Positions 1 through 10,592 of a stretch of 64,000 nt of DNA are shown here, piece by piece. The notes under the pieces are model-generated. The model was not told the origin of the DNA, did no database searches, and saw only the letters and a list, made by a program, of their open reading frames with translations. Origin of the DNA: an uncultured delta proteobacterium (GTDB taxonomy: Bacteria > Desulfobacterota > Binatia > Binatales > Binataceae); the NCBI GenBank assembly GCA_963794325.1, contig CAWCDG010000004.1, positions 1,152,001-1,216,000 on the forward strand, written 5' to 3'. The position numbers were made by a program, and so were the translations under genes. Numbering within the stretch: position 1 is the first letter of the stretch; each line of letters opens with the position of its first letter.

Positions 1-82
1 CACCCACTTTTCGTCGCGGGATTTTGCGTCGCCCACTTCAATCTCTCCTTGATGGTGCTCATCGATAACGCGCTACGCGCGA

Positions 83-245
83 GATCCTTCGCTGCGCTCG
101 GAGCTTGTGAGCAAATTGAACAGCGGCCGAAATGGAGCGCGCGCAGCGCGCGAACTCGGAGACCGGAAACGGCTTCGCGTGTGGCGCGAAGCTGTCCGAG
201 GTCCTTCCTCCCGTCGCTAACGCTCCCGTCGTCAGGATGACACAA
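83..245. repeat. Degenerate REP-like palindromic repeat remnants (GATCCTTCGCTGCGCTC... / ...TCAGGATGACAC)
   Basis: Resembles the M4 module (GGGATTCTTCGC..GCTC(T)(A)GAATGACAC) found at about 18020, 25235, 36455 and 38120. Confidence 0.45.
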
Positions 246-401
246 GGAATCGCTTTGCTCGAACACAACGGATGCTATTTCTAGCCTCTCGACCTTGGCT
301 CGATCAAAGACTTTTTACCCCCCTTTTGATGCGGCGTGCATTTTGGAATACTGTGCATCGTTTGAAACGACCTTAAACCTGAGCGAGGACCAAAAAGGAA
401 A

Positions 402-731
402 ATGTTGAGAAAGAAAATTGCACTTGTGGCTGCTTCGGCGATGCTCGCGACGACGGTTGCGTTCACCAGCGGTGCACGACCGGCTTACGCGGCCAAGGTC
501 GATTGCGACGCCGTGATGAACGAGGTCAATAGCGGTAAGAAGGCCAAGGAGATCGCTACCGACCTGAGCATCTCGACTTCGAGCGTCTATCGCTGCAAGC
601 GGCACGCGAAGGCCGCCGCCAAGGCTGCGAACAAATCGTCGCCGCAGGCTATGAAAGGTAGTGAGCCGCCTGCAATGTCAGCGCCTTCGCCCGCAATGGC
701 GGCGCCGGCAGCGGCTGCTTCGCCCAAGTAG
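402..731 (+). CDS. Small secreted protein with HTH-like segment and Ala/Pro-rich tail
   Basis: AAGGA RBS; Sec-type signal peptide ending AYA-A; KAKEIATDLSISTSSVYRC resembles an HTH; two Cys. Confidence 0.75.
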   Translation: MLRKKIALVAASAMLATTVAFTSGARPAYAAKVDCDAVMNEVNSGKKAKEIATDLSISTSSVYRCKRHAKAAAKAANKSSPQAMKGSEPPAMSAPSPAMAAPAAAASPK

Positions 732-812
732 ATATTGCGCTTCGATGCGTCGCGGGTCATCTCGGCTCGCGACGCGTCGTGTTGCGTACAAATTTTCGAC
801 GACTTTATCGCG

Positions 813-1106
813 ATGCCGAAATGCGAACTGTGTGAGCTGCGTGATTACACGCAGCGCTATGCCGATTTCGTTCACCCTTTCAAATTTACAATTCTCGATT
901 GCGATTCGTGCGACACTCCGATGGCCGTCCTCGGAGAGCATCGCGCCGTTCCCACCGACGAGGAACGCGCGTTCATGATCGAGGCGCTCTCACTGGTCGC
1001 GCGCGCCAAGTATGGCGCCGACAAATTCGGCATCGACGACGTGATGCGCCAGATTCCCGACCACTGTCACATGCACGCCCGCCCTATTCGGCGCTGGCAA
1101 TATTAG
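813..1106 (+). CDS. HIT-like small protein (putative Zn-binding nucleotide hydrolase)
   Basis: ATG at 813; N-terminal CELC, internal CDSC, C-terminal HCHMH (HxHxH). Confidence 0.65.
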   Translation: MPKCELCELRDYTQRYADFVHPFKFTILDCDSCDTPMAVLGEHRAVPTDEERAFMIEALSLVARAKYGADKFGIDDVMRQIPDHCHMHARPIRRWQY

Positions 1107-1302
1107 CCGCCGCAGCGCGCCCTTCACGCCCGTCAAACATATTACGGCGCGGTTTCGCGAGTTTTACCCATTTGGTATGCGCCTCATCTTGTGCTATATG
1201 CCCGCCGTTACGCGCGCTGCCTTGGGGAGGCGGCGTCTATGGCCAGGAGCGGGCCTTGATGGGGGTGCTCCGGCCGGTTCCCTTCAGGAGGTATGGGGGA
1301 AA

Positions 1303-1503
1303 ATGGCTAACGGTACTGTCAAATGGTTCAGCCCAAAGAAGGGCTACGGCTTCATCACGATGGAGGACGGGCAGGAAGTGTTCGTCCACTACAGCGCCAT
1401 CGATGGGTCTGGTTTCCGCTCACTCGAACAGGGTGAGCGCGTTGAGTTCGAGGTCGCGCAAGGCCCCAAGGGATTGCAGGCTTCGAACGTCGCCAAGGGA
1501 TAG
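1303..1503 (+). CDS. Cold-shock protein (CspA family)
   Basis: [33 protein letters not shown]; RNP1/RNP2 motifs. Confidence 0.97.
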   Translation: MANGTVKWFSPKKGYGFITMEDGQEVFVHYSAIDGSGFRSLEQGERVEFEVAQGPKGLQASNVAKG

Positions 1504-1621
1504 CCGCAACGCGGGGATTCTCACGGTAAGGGGGGTCTTTTCGACTGTCCGAGCACTCGGAGTACGACGCCTGCGCGCCGTCGCGTCGGCATGCCCGATG
1601 CCTTTGTGATATTACGGCCCC

Positions 1622-2569
1622 ATGAGTGACGCAGTCCCGCTCGGCAACCGGCTTCGATTCGGCACGATGGTCTCGACTTCGAGTCGCGAAGAGGCGACCC
1701 GCGGCCTCGAATCGATCTCGCAATGGGGTTACGAAGTCCTGTGGGCGCCCGACCATGTCGCGTTCACCGGCCCGGTCAACGATCCGCTGACGACGCTCGC
1801 ATACCTGTCGGCGCTCGATCCCAAACTCACTTTTGGAACCAGCGTCTACCTGTTACCGCTGCGCCATCCGGTGCCTGTCGCCAAAATGGTCGCCACTCTT
1901 GATCGCCTGCTCGGCGCGGGTCATTTCATCTTCGGCGTCGGCGTCGGTGGTGAATTCCCGCGCGAGTACGAAGCCTGCGGCGTGCCGATTCACGAACGCG
2001 GCGGCCGCGCGACCGAGGCGATCGAGGTAATGAAGCGGCTGTGGACCGGCGATCGCGTCGAGCATCGCGGCAAATATTTCAGCTTCGGCGAAATCAGCAT
2101 GCAGCCTCGCCCAAGAACCCCCGGCGGCCCTCCAATCTGGATCGGTGGGCGCGCCGAAGGTCCGCTCAAGCGCGCCGCGCGATACGGCGACGGATGGATG
2201 CCGTACGTCGTCACGCCCAAGCGCTTCGCCGACGGCCTGGATTTCATCGGCAAGCAAGCGGAGCAGGCCGGCCGCAAAATTACCGCGTTCGGCACCTGTA
2301 TCCAGCTATTCTGCCGGCTGGGCGAGAGCGTCGAAGCCGCGCACGCGGTCGCGGGGAAGTTCCTGAGCAAGCGGTACGCAACCGACATGACCGACGCCGC
2401 CAAACGCTACGGCGCGCTAGGCCGCCCGGCCGACGTAGCCGCAAAAATAGGCGAGTACATCAAAGTCGGCGCCCGCGACATCGGAATCGACGCCATCACG
2501 CATCCATCAGAACGGACCGACCAACTAGAGCAATTCGCCAAGGAAGTAATCCCGCTACTCACCCTGTAG
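1622..2569 (+). CDS. LLM-class flavin/F420-dependent oxidoreductase
   Basis: WAPDHV, LPLRHP, GVGVGG, PPIWIGG, DGWMP motifs. Confidence 0.9.
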   Translation: MSDAVPLGNRLRFGTMVSTSSREEATRGLESISQWGYEVLWAPDHVAFTGPVNDPLTTLAYLSALDPKLTFGTSVYLLPLRHPVPVAKMVATLDRLLGAGHFIFGVGVGGEFPREYEACGVPIHERGGRATEAIEVMKRLWTGDRVEHRGKYFSFGEISMQPRPRTPGGPPIWIGGRAEGPLKRAARYGDGWMPYVVTPKRFADGLDFIGKQAEQAGRKITAFGTCIQLFCRLGESVEAAHAVAGKFLSKRYATDMTDAAKRYGALGRPADVAAKIGEYIKVGARDIGIDAITHPSERTDQLEQFAKEVIPLLTL

Positions 2570-2575
2570 CCGCGA

Positions 2576-5500
2576 TCACTTCAGATGGAACAAAATGTCT
2601 CTCACCTTGGCGTGGGTCTCGGGTTCGACGTCGTGTTCCGTGAGAATTTGCATGACCTCGTACTCTCCCAATGCGCGGTAACTCTCGAACTGTGACTCCG
2701 AGAACCACTGGTCCGCGGTGCTCTCATGCGGAAATTCGGTATGCTGCTTCTCGTAGTTGAGAACATCGGCGGTTTCTTTGCCGGTAAGTGTGGGCTTGAT
2801 GTAGATGAGGCGTCCGTCGGGCCGGCATGGATCCTCGGGACGGTAATGAATTTTTCCGAGAGCACAGTACAGGGTTGGAGCGCCGGGCGGACAGCCCTTG
2901 TTGTATTTCTGAAAGTTTGAAAACGGTTCAAAATCGATCGAGATTCCCAGGTCAGTTCTGATTTTCCGAATCGCGTTGCCAAGATCTTCGAACGCGAAGT
3001 CCTTGTCCTCGCCCGCATCGATCACCACGATCGTGCGGCATCGCCTCAGCACCATCTCGTACAACCCCAGGTTTTCGAAGTGGCCGCCATCGGAAAGATT
3101 CACATGGGGTTTCTGATCGTTGGTGCGGCCCAACCCTTCATCGATCAAATACTTCGCGCCGTTCCCCGGGTTCGAATACATATAGGTGTCGCTGCCAGCG
3201 CTCCCGGGATTTCCCAGCCACCATCCCAGCCGTGCGTTGAACAGCGTCAGCAGCATCGATACGATCGCCGATGAGTTGTAGCCCATGTCGGGGCTGACCG
3301 CGGCACCCGAAATCGCGGTGGCCGTGCCCAGCGTGATGGACATTGTGTCCTCGCGTGCCTGTTTGAGAAACGGGACGTAATTGTAACGCGCATACTCCGA
3401 CGATCGGCGATAGCCGACCCACAAACTCCCCGAATGCAGCGGCGTAACAGTGAAGCTCTCGGCCTTGCGTTCCTGCCACGCGAGCTTGGTTGAAACCGGC
3501 TCAACCATATTCAGCGTCATATTGATAAACGGCATCAGCTTGCGGGGTCCGCACATCCATAACTTTGCCATCGGGATATTGTCCTTAGGATCAAATCCCG
3601 TGAGCGGATTCGGGCGGCGTGCGCCTTTCTCGCGTGAAGCGCCCAGGTAAGCGCGAATCAGCCGGTTCCGGTACATCGCGTGCAGCGAGTACTTGTTGGG
3701 ATCGATGAACTCGGACGTTGCCAGCCCTAAGACTGCGGCCGCGACGATCGCTAAGAATGCACCCGACATCGACACCGCATGGGTCAGCACCAGCCAGTGT
3801 TGCGGGATCGATGCTACCAGACACGCGGCCACGTCCGTCATTCCATCAACCAGCAAGCCGGCCACGACTGCAAGCGCGGCGAGAATGAGAACGATTGAGA
3901 TCGCGCCCAGTACAGGAAGTCCACGCTGGAGCGCCATCGACGATGGAGGTAGCGACTCGCCACCGACCCCCGCCGGTGTCTTGCTGGAAAATCCGAGATA
4001 AGCGGTGACGACGCTCACAATCACGCCACCAGCGTATGACCACGCCTTGTTCCACAATGGGCTGACGAACAAAGCCGGCCCAAACAACGAGATTGCGCCG
4101 AGCGCGCCCCAGGCGAAGCTTCCGGCTAGGATCCATGCGCCCAATCGCGCCCAATACTCGCGGTCGTCATCATCGGTCCAGAAAGTCGCGAAACCTACGA
4201 AGACCGTCGCCGCGACCAGGAACACGATCAACACCAACGGCGTCGCCAGGCACAAGTAGAGTTCCCTATCTTGCAAATGGATGTCGAACGAACGCCAGCC
4301 TTTCAGGATCAAGTAGAAAAGCCCCATCCCCACCAGCGCGCTGAAAAGCATCGCGGCCAAATCGCCGATATACCATCCCCGCAGCGAAATCGCGTAACCG
4401 ATCCACCCAAGCAAGGCTGAGGCGGCGCCGAACACCACAAAAATGCCCACCTCGCTGAAGCTCCCGAGTCGAAAGAGGAATGAGTGGTATGCACACGTCG
4501 AGAAGATAAACGCGGACAGCAACAATGGCATTAGCGACAAAGCTACGACGCTGCTCTGCGAGCGATGATGGAGCCACCATCGCGACCAACTAGAAGAAGC
4601 CGAGATGCACTCGAGTCGCTTAAGGTGAGTCGGTCGCGCCATTCCTTGATAGAACATCGCACACGCGAACCCGGGAACCGCCAAAGCCAGGCATACCCAC
4701 GGCACCCAGCAGTGCTGGGACGAGTTGATCAATCTGCTCGCGGGACGCAGCAGCACGAGAACCAGGTGCGGTACTGCCAGGACGGCAATCAGCAACGGGA
4801 GCAACACGACCCAGTTGAGAAGCAGGTTGCGGATATAGATGGCGGCCAGCGTCCAGGTGTCGGCAGACAACAGGCCGGTGCGCGGACTCAGATAGTTGCT
4901 GAAATTACGCAGATAGAAGATCGGATCGGGTTCCGGTTCCAACTTCGATTGTGTGGGATTACTGAGTTGATCGATTACCTTAGGCAGGTCGCCCTTGCTC
5001 CAATACGTCCACGCCGCGAGCCATCCGCCGAGATAGCCGCCGCCTGAGACGGTCGAGAGATAGTGGAACTTGTCGAGCAGGCCGTTTTTCGCAAGTCCTT
5101 GTAGCACGCCCAGGCAAAACGTTGCGCTTCGAATCCCGCCGCCAGAAAAACACAAGGCCGAAAGATCAGCGCGATGCAGGTCATCGACTACCCCGGGCAT
5201 GAGCTTATCGCTCACCGGTCTGACGCCGCCGGCGAACACGCAGTCCAGCAGATCGCGATTCATCTCCTTGCGCTGATCGGGGCTAAGGGGCTTCTTCTCC
5301 TGCTCGGTTTTATGCTCCTGCTCCAGAACTGATCTGGCGATTGGGACGTTAAGAAAGGCTTCGCCCAGGTTCCGAGTTTTCAGTAGCTCATTGAGCACCG
5401 CGAGCGCGGCCTGTTCAGTCTGTTCCTTCTGTTCGGCCTGTTGCTTCGGCGCGAGCTTTTCGAAATCTTCGAGCTGCTTGATGTAGGGCAATAACTGAAC

Positions 5501-5692
5501 TTCTATGGGGGGGTTCGTTAGCTCGGGTTTGCGCGCGGCGATCTGCGTCGCCAGCAGTGAGAGAATGTCGATTTCGTCCGGCGAGTAATCGAACGGATCC
5601 TTCGGCAGCTCTTCCGTAGGCTTCCTTAACACCGTTAGTTCTTCGCGAAGCACCTCCCATAGGTGCAGCGGCCATTCCAGCGGCCATTCCAT
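2576..5692 (-). CDS. Patatin/cPLA2-like phospholipase with multi-pass membrane region
   Basis: SGGGIRSA oxyanion loop, STVSGG nucleophile elbow, SDGGHFENLG acid motif; many hydrophobic helices between them. Confidence 0.85.
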   Translation of the reverse strand: MEWPLEWPLHLWEVLREELTVLRKPTEELPKDPFDYSPDEIDILSLLATQIAARKPELTNPPIEVQLLPYIKQLEDFEKLAPKQQAEQKEQTEQAALAVLNELLKTRNLGEAFLNVPIARSVLEQEHKTEQEKKPLSPDQRKEMNRDLLDCVFAGGVRPVSDKLMPGVVDDLHRADLSALCFSGGGIRSATFCLGVLQGLAKNGLLDKFHYLSTVSGGGYLGGWLAAWTYWSKGDLPKVIDQLSNPTQSKLEPEPDPIFYLRNFSNYLSPRTGLLSADTWTLAAIYIRNLLLNWVVLLPLLIAVLAVPHLVLVLLRPASRLINSSQHCWVPWVCLALAVPGFACAMFYQGMARPTHLKRLECISASSSWSRWWLHHRSQSSVVALSLMPLLLSAFIFSTCAYHSFLFRLGSFSEVGIFVVFGAASALLGWIGYAISLRGWYIGDLAAMLFSALVGMGLFYLILKGWRSFDIHLQDRELYLCLATPLVLIVFLVAATVFVGFATFWTDDDDREYWARLGAWILAGSFAWGALGAISLFGPALFVSPLWNKAWSYAGGVIVSVVTAYLGFSSKTPAGVGGESLPPSSMALQRGLPVLGAISIVLILAALAVVAGLLVDGMTDVAACLVASIPQHWLVLTHAVSMSGAFLAIVAAAVLGLATSEFIDPNKYSLHAMYRNRLIRAYLGASREKGARRPNPLTGFDPKDNIPMAKLWMCGPRKLMPFINMTLNMVEPVSTKLAWQERKAESFTVTPLHSGSLWVGYRRSSEYARYNYVPFLKQAREDTMSITLGTATAISGAAVSPDMGYNSSAIVSMLLTLFNARLGWWLGNPGSAGSDTYMYSNPGNGAKYLIDEGLGRTNDQKPHVNLSDGGHFENLGLYEMVLRRCRTIVVIDAGEDKDFAFEDLGNAIRKIRTDLGISIDFEPFSNFQKYNKGCPPGAPTLYCALGKIHYRPEDPCRPDGRLIYIKPTLTGKETADVLNYEKQHTEFPHESTADQWFSESQFESYRALGEYEVMQILTEHDVEPETHAKVRDILFHLK

Positions 5693-5768
5693 GGTAGAAA
5701 TCCCCCCAACTGGATTTACTGGCCGTTAAAATTAGTTTTTTGGCGGGTGAATGACTAGTAGGGCTTTG

Positions 5769-6419
5769 CTACTTGTGTGGCCATGAGCGATCCCATTGCT
5801 CGTCATGGATGCGTGGGAGCACCGGTTTGCGCATCGGGCGGTTGAAACCTTCGGCGGGATAACCCATCGGCACCAACGCGATCAGTTGATACTCCGCCGG
5901 CACCTTCAGCAGAGCCTTGGTCTCGGACTCTTTGCTGGTGAGCATCGTAGTCATCGCCGTGCCGATGCCGACCGCGCGAGCGGCCAGCATCATCAGCTCG
6001 AGCGCGGGGAAAATCGATCCATAGGTCGCGCCGAAATTAAACAGGTCGGCTTCGCTGCCGCGCTCGACACGCATCTTCGGCCGATCGAGGAAGACCACGA
6101 CATGCACCGGCACGATCGCGAGCTGCGCGGCGAACTCGTCGCCGGTCTTGAGCGCCTTGACCGCACGCGGCGACAGCTGTGTCCGTCCGCGGATAATCGC
6201 GATGTCCTTGTACGGCACCCACACCGATTCGTACAGCTTCTGAATTTCGCGTCGCGCATTCGCCTCGCGCACCACCACGAATTCCCACGGCTGCGCATTC
6301 GATCCCGACGGCGCCATGTTCGCCGTCTCGAGGATTTTCATCAACTCCGCTTCCGCGATCGGCCGGTCGATAAAGCGGCGCATCGTGGGCGTTGAGGTTG
6401 CGACTTCGAAGAAATCCAT
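5769..6419 (-). CDS. Nitroreductase family protein
   Basis: MRRF..., APSGSNAQPWEFVVV, PMGYP motifs. Confidence 0.92.
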   Translation of the reverse strand: MDFFEVATSTPTMRRFIDRPIAEAELMKILETANMAPSGSNAQPWEFVVVREANARREIQKLYESVWVPYKDIAIIRGRTQLSPRAVKALKTGDEFAAQLAIVPVHVVVFLDRPKMRVERGSEADLFNFGATYGSIFPALELMMLAARAVGIGTAMTTMLTSKESETKALLKVPAEYQLIALVPMGYPAEGFNRPMRKPVLPRIHDEQWDRSWPHK

Positions 6420-6443
6420 CGGCGTCCTCTTTTTTTCGGTGAT

Positions 6444-7517
6444 TCAGACGATTTCGATCGGGTGTTCGCGGCGCGTGACGACCCGGCCGACGATCGCGGC
6501 CTCGCGATGCCCACAGTTCTGCAACTCCGCGACCAGCTCCAGCGACTGCTTGTCGGGGATCGCGATCAACAACCCGCCCGAGGTCTGCGGATCGAACGCA
6601 ATCGTCGCGATCTCGTCGGCCACTTCGTCGGAGATCCGGACGCTCGGCGCGTAGTACTCGCGATTGCGCTCACCGCCGCCGGGAATCATTCCAGCGCGAC
6701 ACTGCTCGAGCACGCCCGGCAGCAGCGGCAAATCAGACTCCTCGAATACGAACGTGACGCCGCTGCCCTCGGCCATCTTGAGCGCATGACCCACGAGCCC
6801 GAATCCGGTGACGTCAGTGGCGGCGTGGACGTCGTACTTGAGCATCGCGGATGCGGCCGCACTGTTGAGCTGGATCATCGAGCGAACCGCGGCCTGGTAC
6901 GCGTCCTCGCCGAGCGCGTCGCGCTTGAACGCGGTCATCAAAATTCCCGTGCCGAGCGCCTTGCTCAGCACCAGCGCGTCGCCAGCTTGCGCGCCGACGT
7001 TGCGCACGATTCGGCGCGGATCGATCACGCCGGTAATCGCCATCCCGAATTTCACTTCTTCGTCGGCGACAGTATGACCGCCGACGATCACGACGCCGGC
7101 CTCGCGCGCCTTGTCCGCGGCGCCGCGTAGAATCTCGGCGAGCATCTCACCGGGCAGTCCAGTTTGCGGCCAGCATACGATGTTGAGCGCGGTGCGCGGC
7201 ACTCCGCCCATCGCATAGACGTCGGAGAGCGCGTTGGCGGCGGAGATTTGTCCGTAGGTGAAAGGATCGTCGACCACCGGCGTGAAAAAATCGACGGTGT
7301 TGACGATCGCGAGGTCGTCCGAAAGACGGAACACTCCGGCGTCGTCGCCGGTCGAGATTCCGACCAGCAAATCAGGATGGCTCGGCAAATCGAGCCGCGC
7401 GAGGACTGCGGAGAGGTCCGCCGGACCGAGCTTACCGGCTCAACCCGCAGCCTTGCACCGCGCCGTCAGGCGAACGAGATCGCCCCGCGACGGATTATTG
7501 TCCTTGCTCTTGGACAT
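6444..7517 (-). CDS. selD: Selenide,water dikinase SelD, selenocysteine-containing
   Basis: ATG at 7517 gives MSKSK...RLTARCKAAG-UGA(7442-7440)-AGKLGPADL, in frame with the 6444..7388 ORF; DDAGV, VDFFTP, NALSDVYAMGG, DVTGFGL, DPQTSGGLL motifs. Confidence 0.93.
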
Positions 7518-7560
7518 CGCGGCTATTGTCGCGCATCGCACGCGCGAAGTCAGCCGCTCT

Positions 7561-7620
7561 TACCTCGCCCGTTACTTTACGGGAGAGGAGGCCGGCAACG
7601 CGGCCGGTAGGTGAGGGTTC
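7561..7620. repeat. Repeat module M3 (TACCTCGCCCGTTAnTTTACGGGAGAGG-hairpin-GGTGAGGG)
   Basis: Near-identical copies at 25116-25176, 26588-26646 and 43971-44030. Confidence 0.9.
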
Positions 7621-7664
7621 TCCGATTCAAGCTGTACCCATGCAACATCGGGAGCAGAGAGAGG

Positions 7665-9596
7665 CTAAGACTGGGAGCGCAACCGCCGGGTGTCGCCTAC
7701 CCTTGTCGTCACGCCACTATGGTCGAAATGGTCGAGCAGTGCGATTGCGAACTTGCGCGACGCGCCTAGCAAGTCGCGAAAGGTCGCGGCGGTTATCTCG
7801 TTGTGAGTTTTGAGATATTCGACGAGGCGATCTTTTGCGGTGGCGGCGGCGGCGCGGCTGAAATAAAGGTCGGTGGCGATTTTGACGATGCGGCCTTGAC
7901 GTTCCATCGCGGCCAGCACGGTTCTTAGATGCGGCAGTTGGCTGGTGGGAATGTTTAATTCGTCGGCTAACTGCTTGAGATCCGGCGGCTGGAACTGCGC
8001 GCCGGTGAGCGCGGCTTCGATTTTTGCGCCGAGGGTCTGGGCGTCGCCGCCTAGTTGCACGCGATGGCTCTTCAGCCGGAGCATACTTTCTTCGCGCACG
8101 ATTTCAGATTCGTGACTGATGCGATCGACGATCGGACGGAACGCGCGCGCGCCGATCTCGTAGGGCAGCCGCGTGCGCATCGCTTCCATCTCGAGGCCCG
8201 CTGACAGCGGCTCCGCCTTGTGATGCTTCGCGAGCGCGTCGAGCGCGAAGCGCTTCAGCTCGTCCCATCTGGTGCGCGTGGTGAACGCTTCTTCGTCGCC
8301 AACTGACAGCTTGATGAAGCGTGGCGTCTCGCGAAGCGCGGCTTCCGCCTCCGCGATCGGGATGTTCATCAGGGTCGCCAGCCGGGTCGTGCCGAGCGCA
8401 AAACTCTCCTGCAAATTAATCAACGCTTCGAGCGCGTCGGCACCAGTCGAATCCTTGAGCAACCAGAGATTGGCGCGATATGCCTCGATCGGTTTGCGGA
8501 CGCGGCGGCCGAGCGGGTTCAGCACGATGCCGCCGCCGAGCGTGCGCGAATTGGTTTCGTCGCGGATGACGAAGCGGTCGCCCGCGAGCGCGACCACAGG
8601 CTCCTCGCTGACGAGTTGCGCGAAGGCGGCGCTCTTTGGCGCGATCGCGCCCGCCTCGTCCATTACTATCGCGCGCGCGATCGTTTCCGCCGTGCCGATG
8701 AACAGCCGCACGCGCGTGTTGTTCTTGAGCGCGCGCTTGGCGCCGGGGCGAATTTCGAGCCATGCATCGAAACGCGCGGTTGCCGAGTCCAGCCGCTCGT
8801 CTGCGAGCACGTCGCCGCGGGCGAGGTTGAGCTTTTCAGCGCCGGTGAGATTCAGCGCGACGCGCTGGCACAGACCGGCGCTCTCGACCGAGTTCGAATG
8901 CACCTGGATCGAGCGCACGCGCACCTCGCTGCCCGACGGCAGCACGCGGAGCTTCTGTCCGACGCGAACCTCGGCCCCCATCGCAGTGCCGGTCACGACG
9001 ATTCCGTGTCCCTTGATGACGAAAGCGCGGTCGAGCGGGAGCCGGAAGACGCCGGTCGCGCGCCGTGCCTGGAAGCCGTCGAGCTGACGGACGATCTCCG
9101 CGCGAAGTTTGTCGAGGCCGAGGCCGGTGATCGACGACACCTCGATGATCGGCGCGCCGGCCAGCGTGGTGCCGTCAGCCAGCAGTTCGATCTCGTCGCG
9201 CACGTCGCGCAGTCGCGCAGCGTCGGCGAGGTCCGCTTTGGTGATCACGAAGATACCGCGGCGGGTGCCGAGCAGATGCAGGATGTCGAGATGCTCCTCG
9301 GTCTGCGGCATCACGCCGTCATCGGCCGCCACGGTGAACAGCACCAGATCGATGCCGTGCGCGCCGGCGAGCATGTTGCGGATGAACCGCTCGTGGCCGG
9401 GGACATCGACGATACCGGCGCGGGTGCCGTCGGGCAGCGTGAAGTAGGCGAACCCGAGATCGATCGAAATCCCCCGCTCCTTTTCCTCTTTGAGGCGGTC
9501 GGTGTCCTGCCCGGTGAGCGCCTTGATGAGCGCGGTCTTGCCGTGATCGATGTGTCCGGCAGTGCCGATGATGGCGTGAGTGATATGCGCTGGCAT
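7665..9596 (-). CDS. selB: Selenocysteine-specific elongation factor SelB
   Basis: [36 protein letters not shown]; C-terminal winged-helix end [20 protein letters not shown]; start ATG at 9596. Confidence 0.96.
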   Translation of the reverse strand: MPAHITHAIIGTAGHIDHGKTALIKALTGQDTDRLKEEKERGISIDLGFAYFTLPDGTRAGIVDVPGHERFIRNMLAGAHGIDLVLFTVAADDGVMPQTEEHLDILHLLGTRRGIFVITKADLADAARLRDVRDEIELLADGTTLAGAPIIEVSSITGLGLDKLRAEIVRQLDGFQARRATGVFRLPLDRAFVIKGHGIVVTGTAMGAEVRVGQKLRVLPSGSEVRVRSIQVHSNSVESAGLCQRVALNLTGAEKLNLARGDVLADERLDSATARFDAWLEIRPGAKRALKNNTRVRLFIGTAETIARAIVMDEAGAIAPKSAAFAQLVSEEPVVALAGDRFVIRDETNSRTLGGGIVLNPLGRRVRKPIEAYRANLWLLKDSTGADALEALINLQESFALGTTRLATLMNIPIAEAEAALRETPRFIKLSVGDEEAFTTRTRWDELKRFALDALAKHHKAEPLSAGLEMEAMRTRLPYEIGARAFRPIVDRISHESEIVREESMLRLKSHRVQLGGDAQTLGAKIEAALTGAQFQPPDLKQLADELNIPTSQLPHLRTVLAAMERQGRIVKIATDLYFSRAAAATAKDRLVEYLKTHNEITAATFRDLLGASRKFAIALLDHFDHSGVTTRVGDTRRLRSQS

Positions 9597-9639
9597 GCGA
9601 TGCCAGATTACACCGTCGCAGCGGGATTGGCGCGCCGGT

Positions 9640-10122
9640 CTAATCGATACGCACGGCGCCCCATACTTCCGGTTCAACGATTTGCAAGATCTGGCTGAAC
9701 TCCCATTGATGGCCTTCCAGATCGATGGCAGCATACGAGCGCAGACCCCATGGGTGATCGGTCGGCGGCATCAGGATGGTCGCACCAGCCGCCTGGGCCT
9801 GCAGGTAGTGGGCTTTCACATCGGTCACCGTCACGGTGGTGGAGTGCGAGAGGTTCGGCCATGGTTTTTCCTGCGGCTGGCGAAGATTTGGTACGCGCTG
9901 GCGGACCCACTCTGTGAAGTCCGGGGAGCTGCCGGCAACCATTATGAGTCCGCCACCCGGCGTCTCGACCTTTGAGGTTATGAAGGTTCCGTCGGGACTC
10001 GCCATGCGCACGCGCTCGCGAAAGCCAAATGCACGCGAGAGCCAAGCAATGGCCGCAACCGGCGATTCGTACCGAATGTGCGGATATACGCTGGCCCATC
10101 CTTGAACGATGTCGCCGTTCAT
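9640..10122 (-). CDS. VOC/glyoxalase-bleomycin resistance family protein
   Basis: AAIAWLSRAFGF, PPTDHPWGLRSYAAIDLEGHQWEF. Confidence 0.88.
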   Translation of the reverse strand: MNGDIVQGWASVYPHIRYESPVAAIAWLSRAFGFRERVRMASPDGTFITSKVETPGGGLIMVAGSSPDFTEWVRQRVPNLRQPQEKPWPNLSHSTTVTVTDVKAHYLQAQAAGATILMPPTDHPWGLRSYAAIDLEGHQWEFSQILQIVEPEVWGAVRID

Positions 10123-10154
10123 TAGATTCTCCTGCGGACGCCTGCGGGCGCTGG

Positions 10155-10196
10155 AACCTAACCCTAACCCCTTCCCGAGCGGGAAGGGGGACCGGA
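10155..10196 (-). repeat. REP-like family B copy (TCCGGT-CCCCTTCCCGC..GGGAAGGGGTTAGGG(G)TTAGG)
   Basis: Reverse complement of the copies at 29907, 51873 and 56496; internal CCCCTTCCCG/CGGGAAGGGG stem. Confidence 0.85.
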
Positions 10197-10206
10197 TAAA
10201 CGCGCG

Positions 10207-10581
10207 CTACGACATCTGCTTGGTGTACATCGCCATGTCGAAGTAGTCGCGCCACGCGCTGATCTTCGAGCCCGTCACTTCGAACACGCCGGCGACTGGC
10301 AGCGAGATCGCTTTGCCGTTGCCCAGGTCGAACACGTCGACGCGCTCGTTGAAGACTACGTTGCCGTTGCCGGCGCTGTGCAGCACTTTGAAGTGGAGCG
10401 ATTTGGCCATCGGCAGGAACGTATTGATCACCGCCTTGATCGCTGCTTTGCCCTTGGCCGGTTCCATCGGGATGTTGTGATAGACCGCATCGTCGGTAAA
10501 GAAGCCGAGCAGCTCATCGACGTTCTTGCGCGGCCATGCGTTGCAGAAATCAGTTACGATTTTTTCAGCTTCGGTTGCCAT
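10207..10581 (-). CDS. Limonene-1,2-epoxide hydrolase family (NTF2/SnoaL-like)
   Basis: DAVYHNIP, VFNERVD, PVAGVFEV, ISAWRDYFD. Confidence 0.88.
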   Translation of the reverse strand: MATEAEKIVTDFCNAWPRKNVDELLGFFTDDAVYHNIPMEPAKGKAAIKAVINTFLPMAKSLHFKVLHSAGNGNVVFNERVDVFDLGNGKAISLPVAGVFEVTGSKISAWRDYFDMAMYTKQMS

Positions 10582-10592
10582 CGCGAGTTCTC

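Noticed and set aside
7518-7664. Possible selC (tRNA-Sec) between selB and selD
   Set aside because: The space is filled by repeat module M3; no cloverleaf or UCA anticodon arm seen
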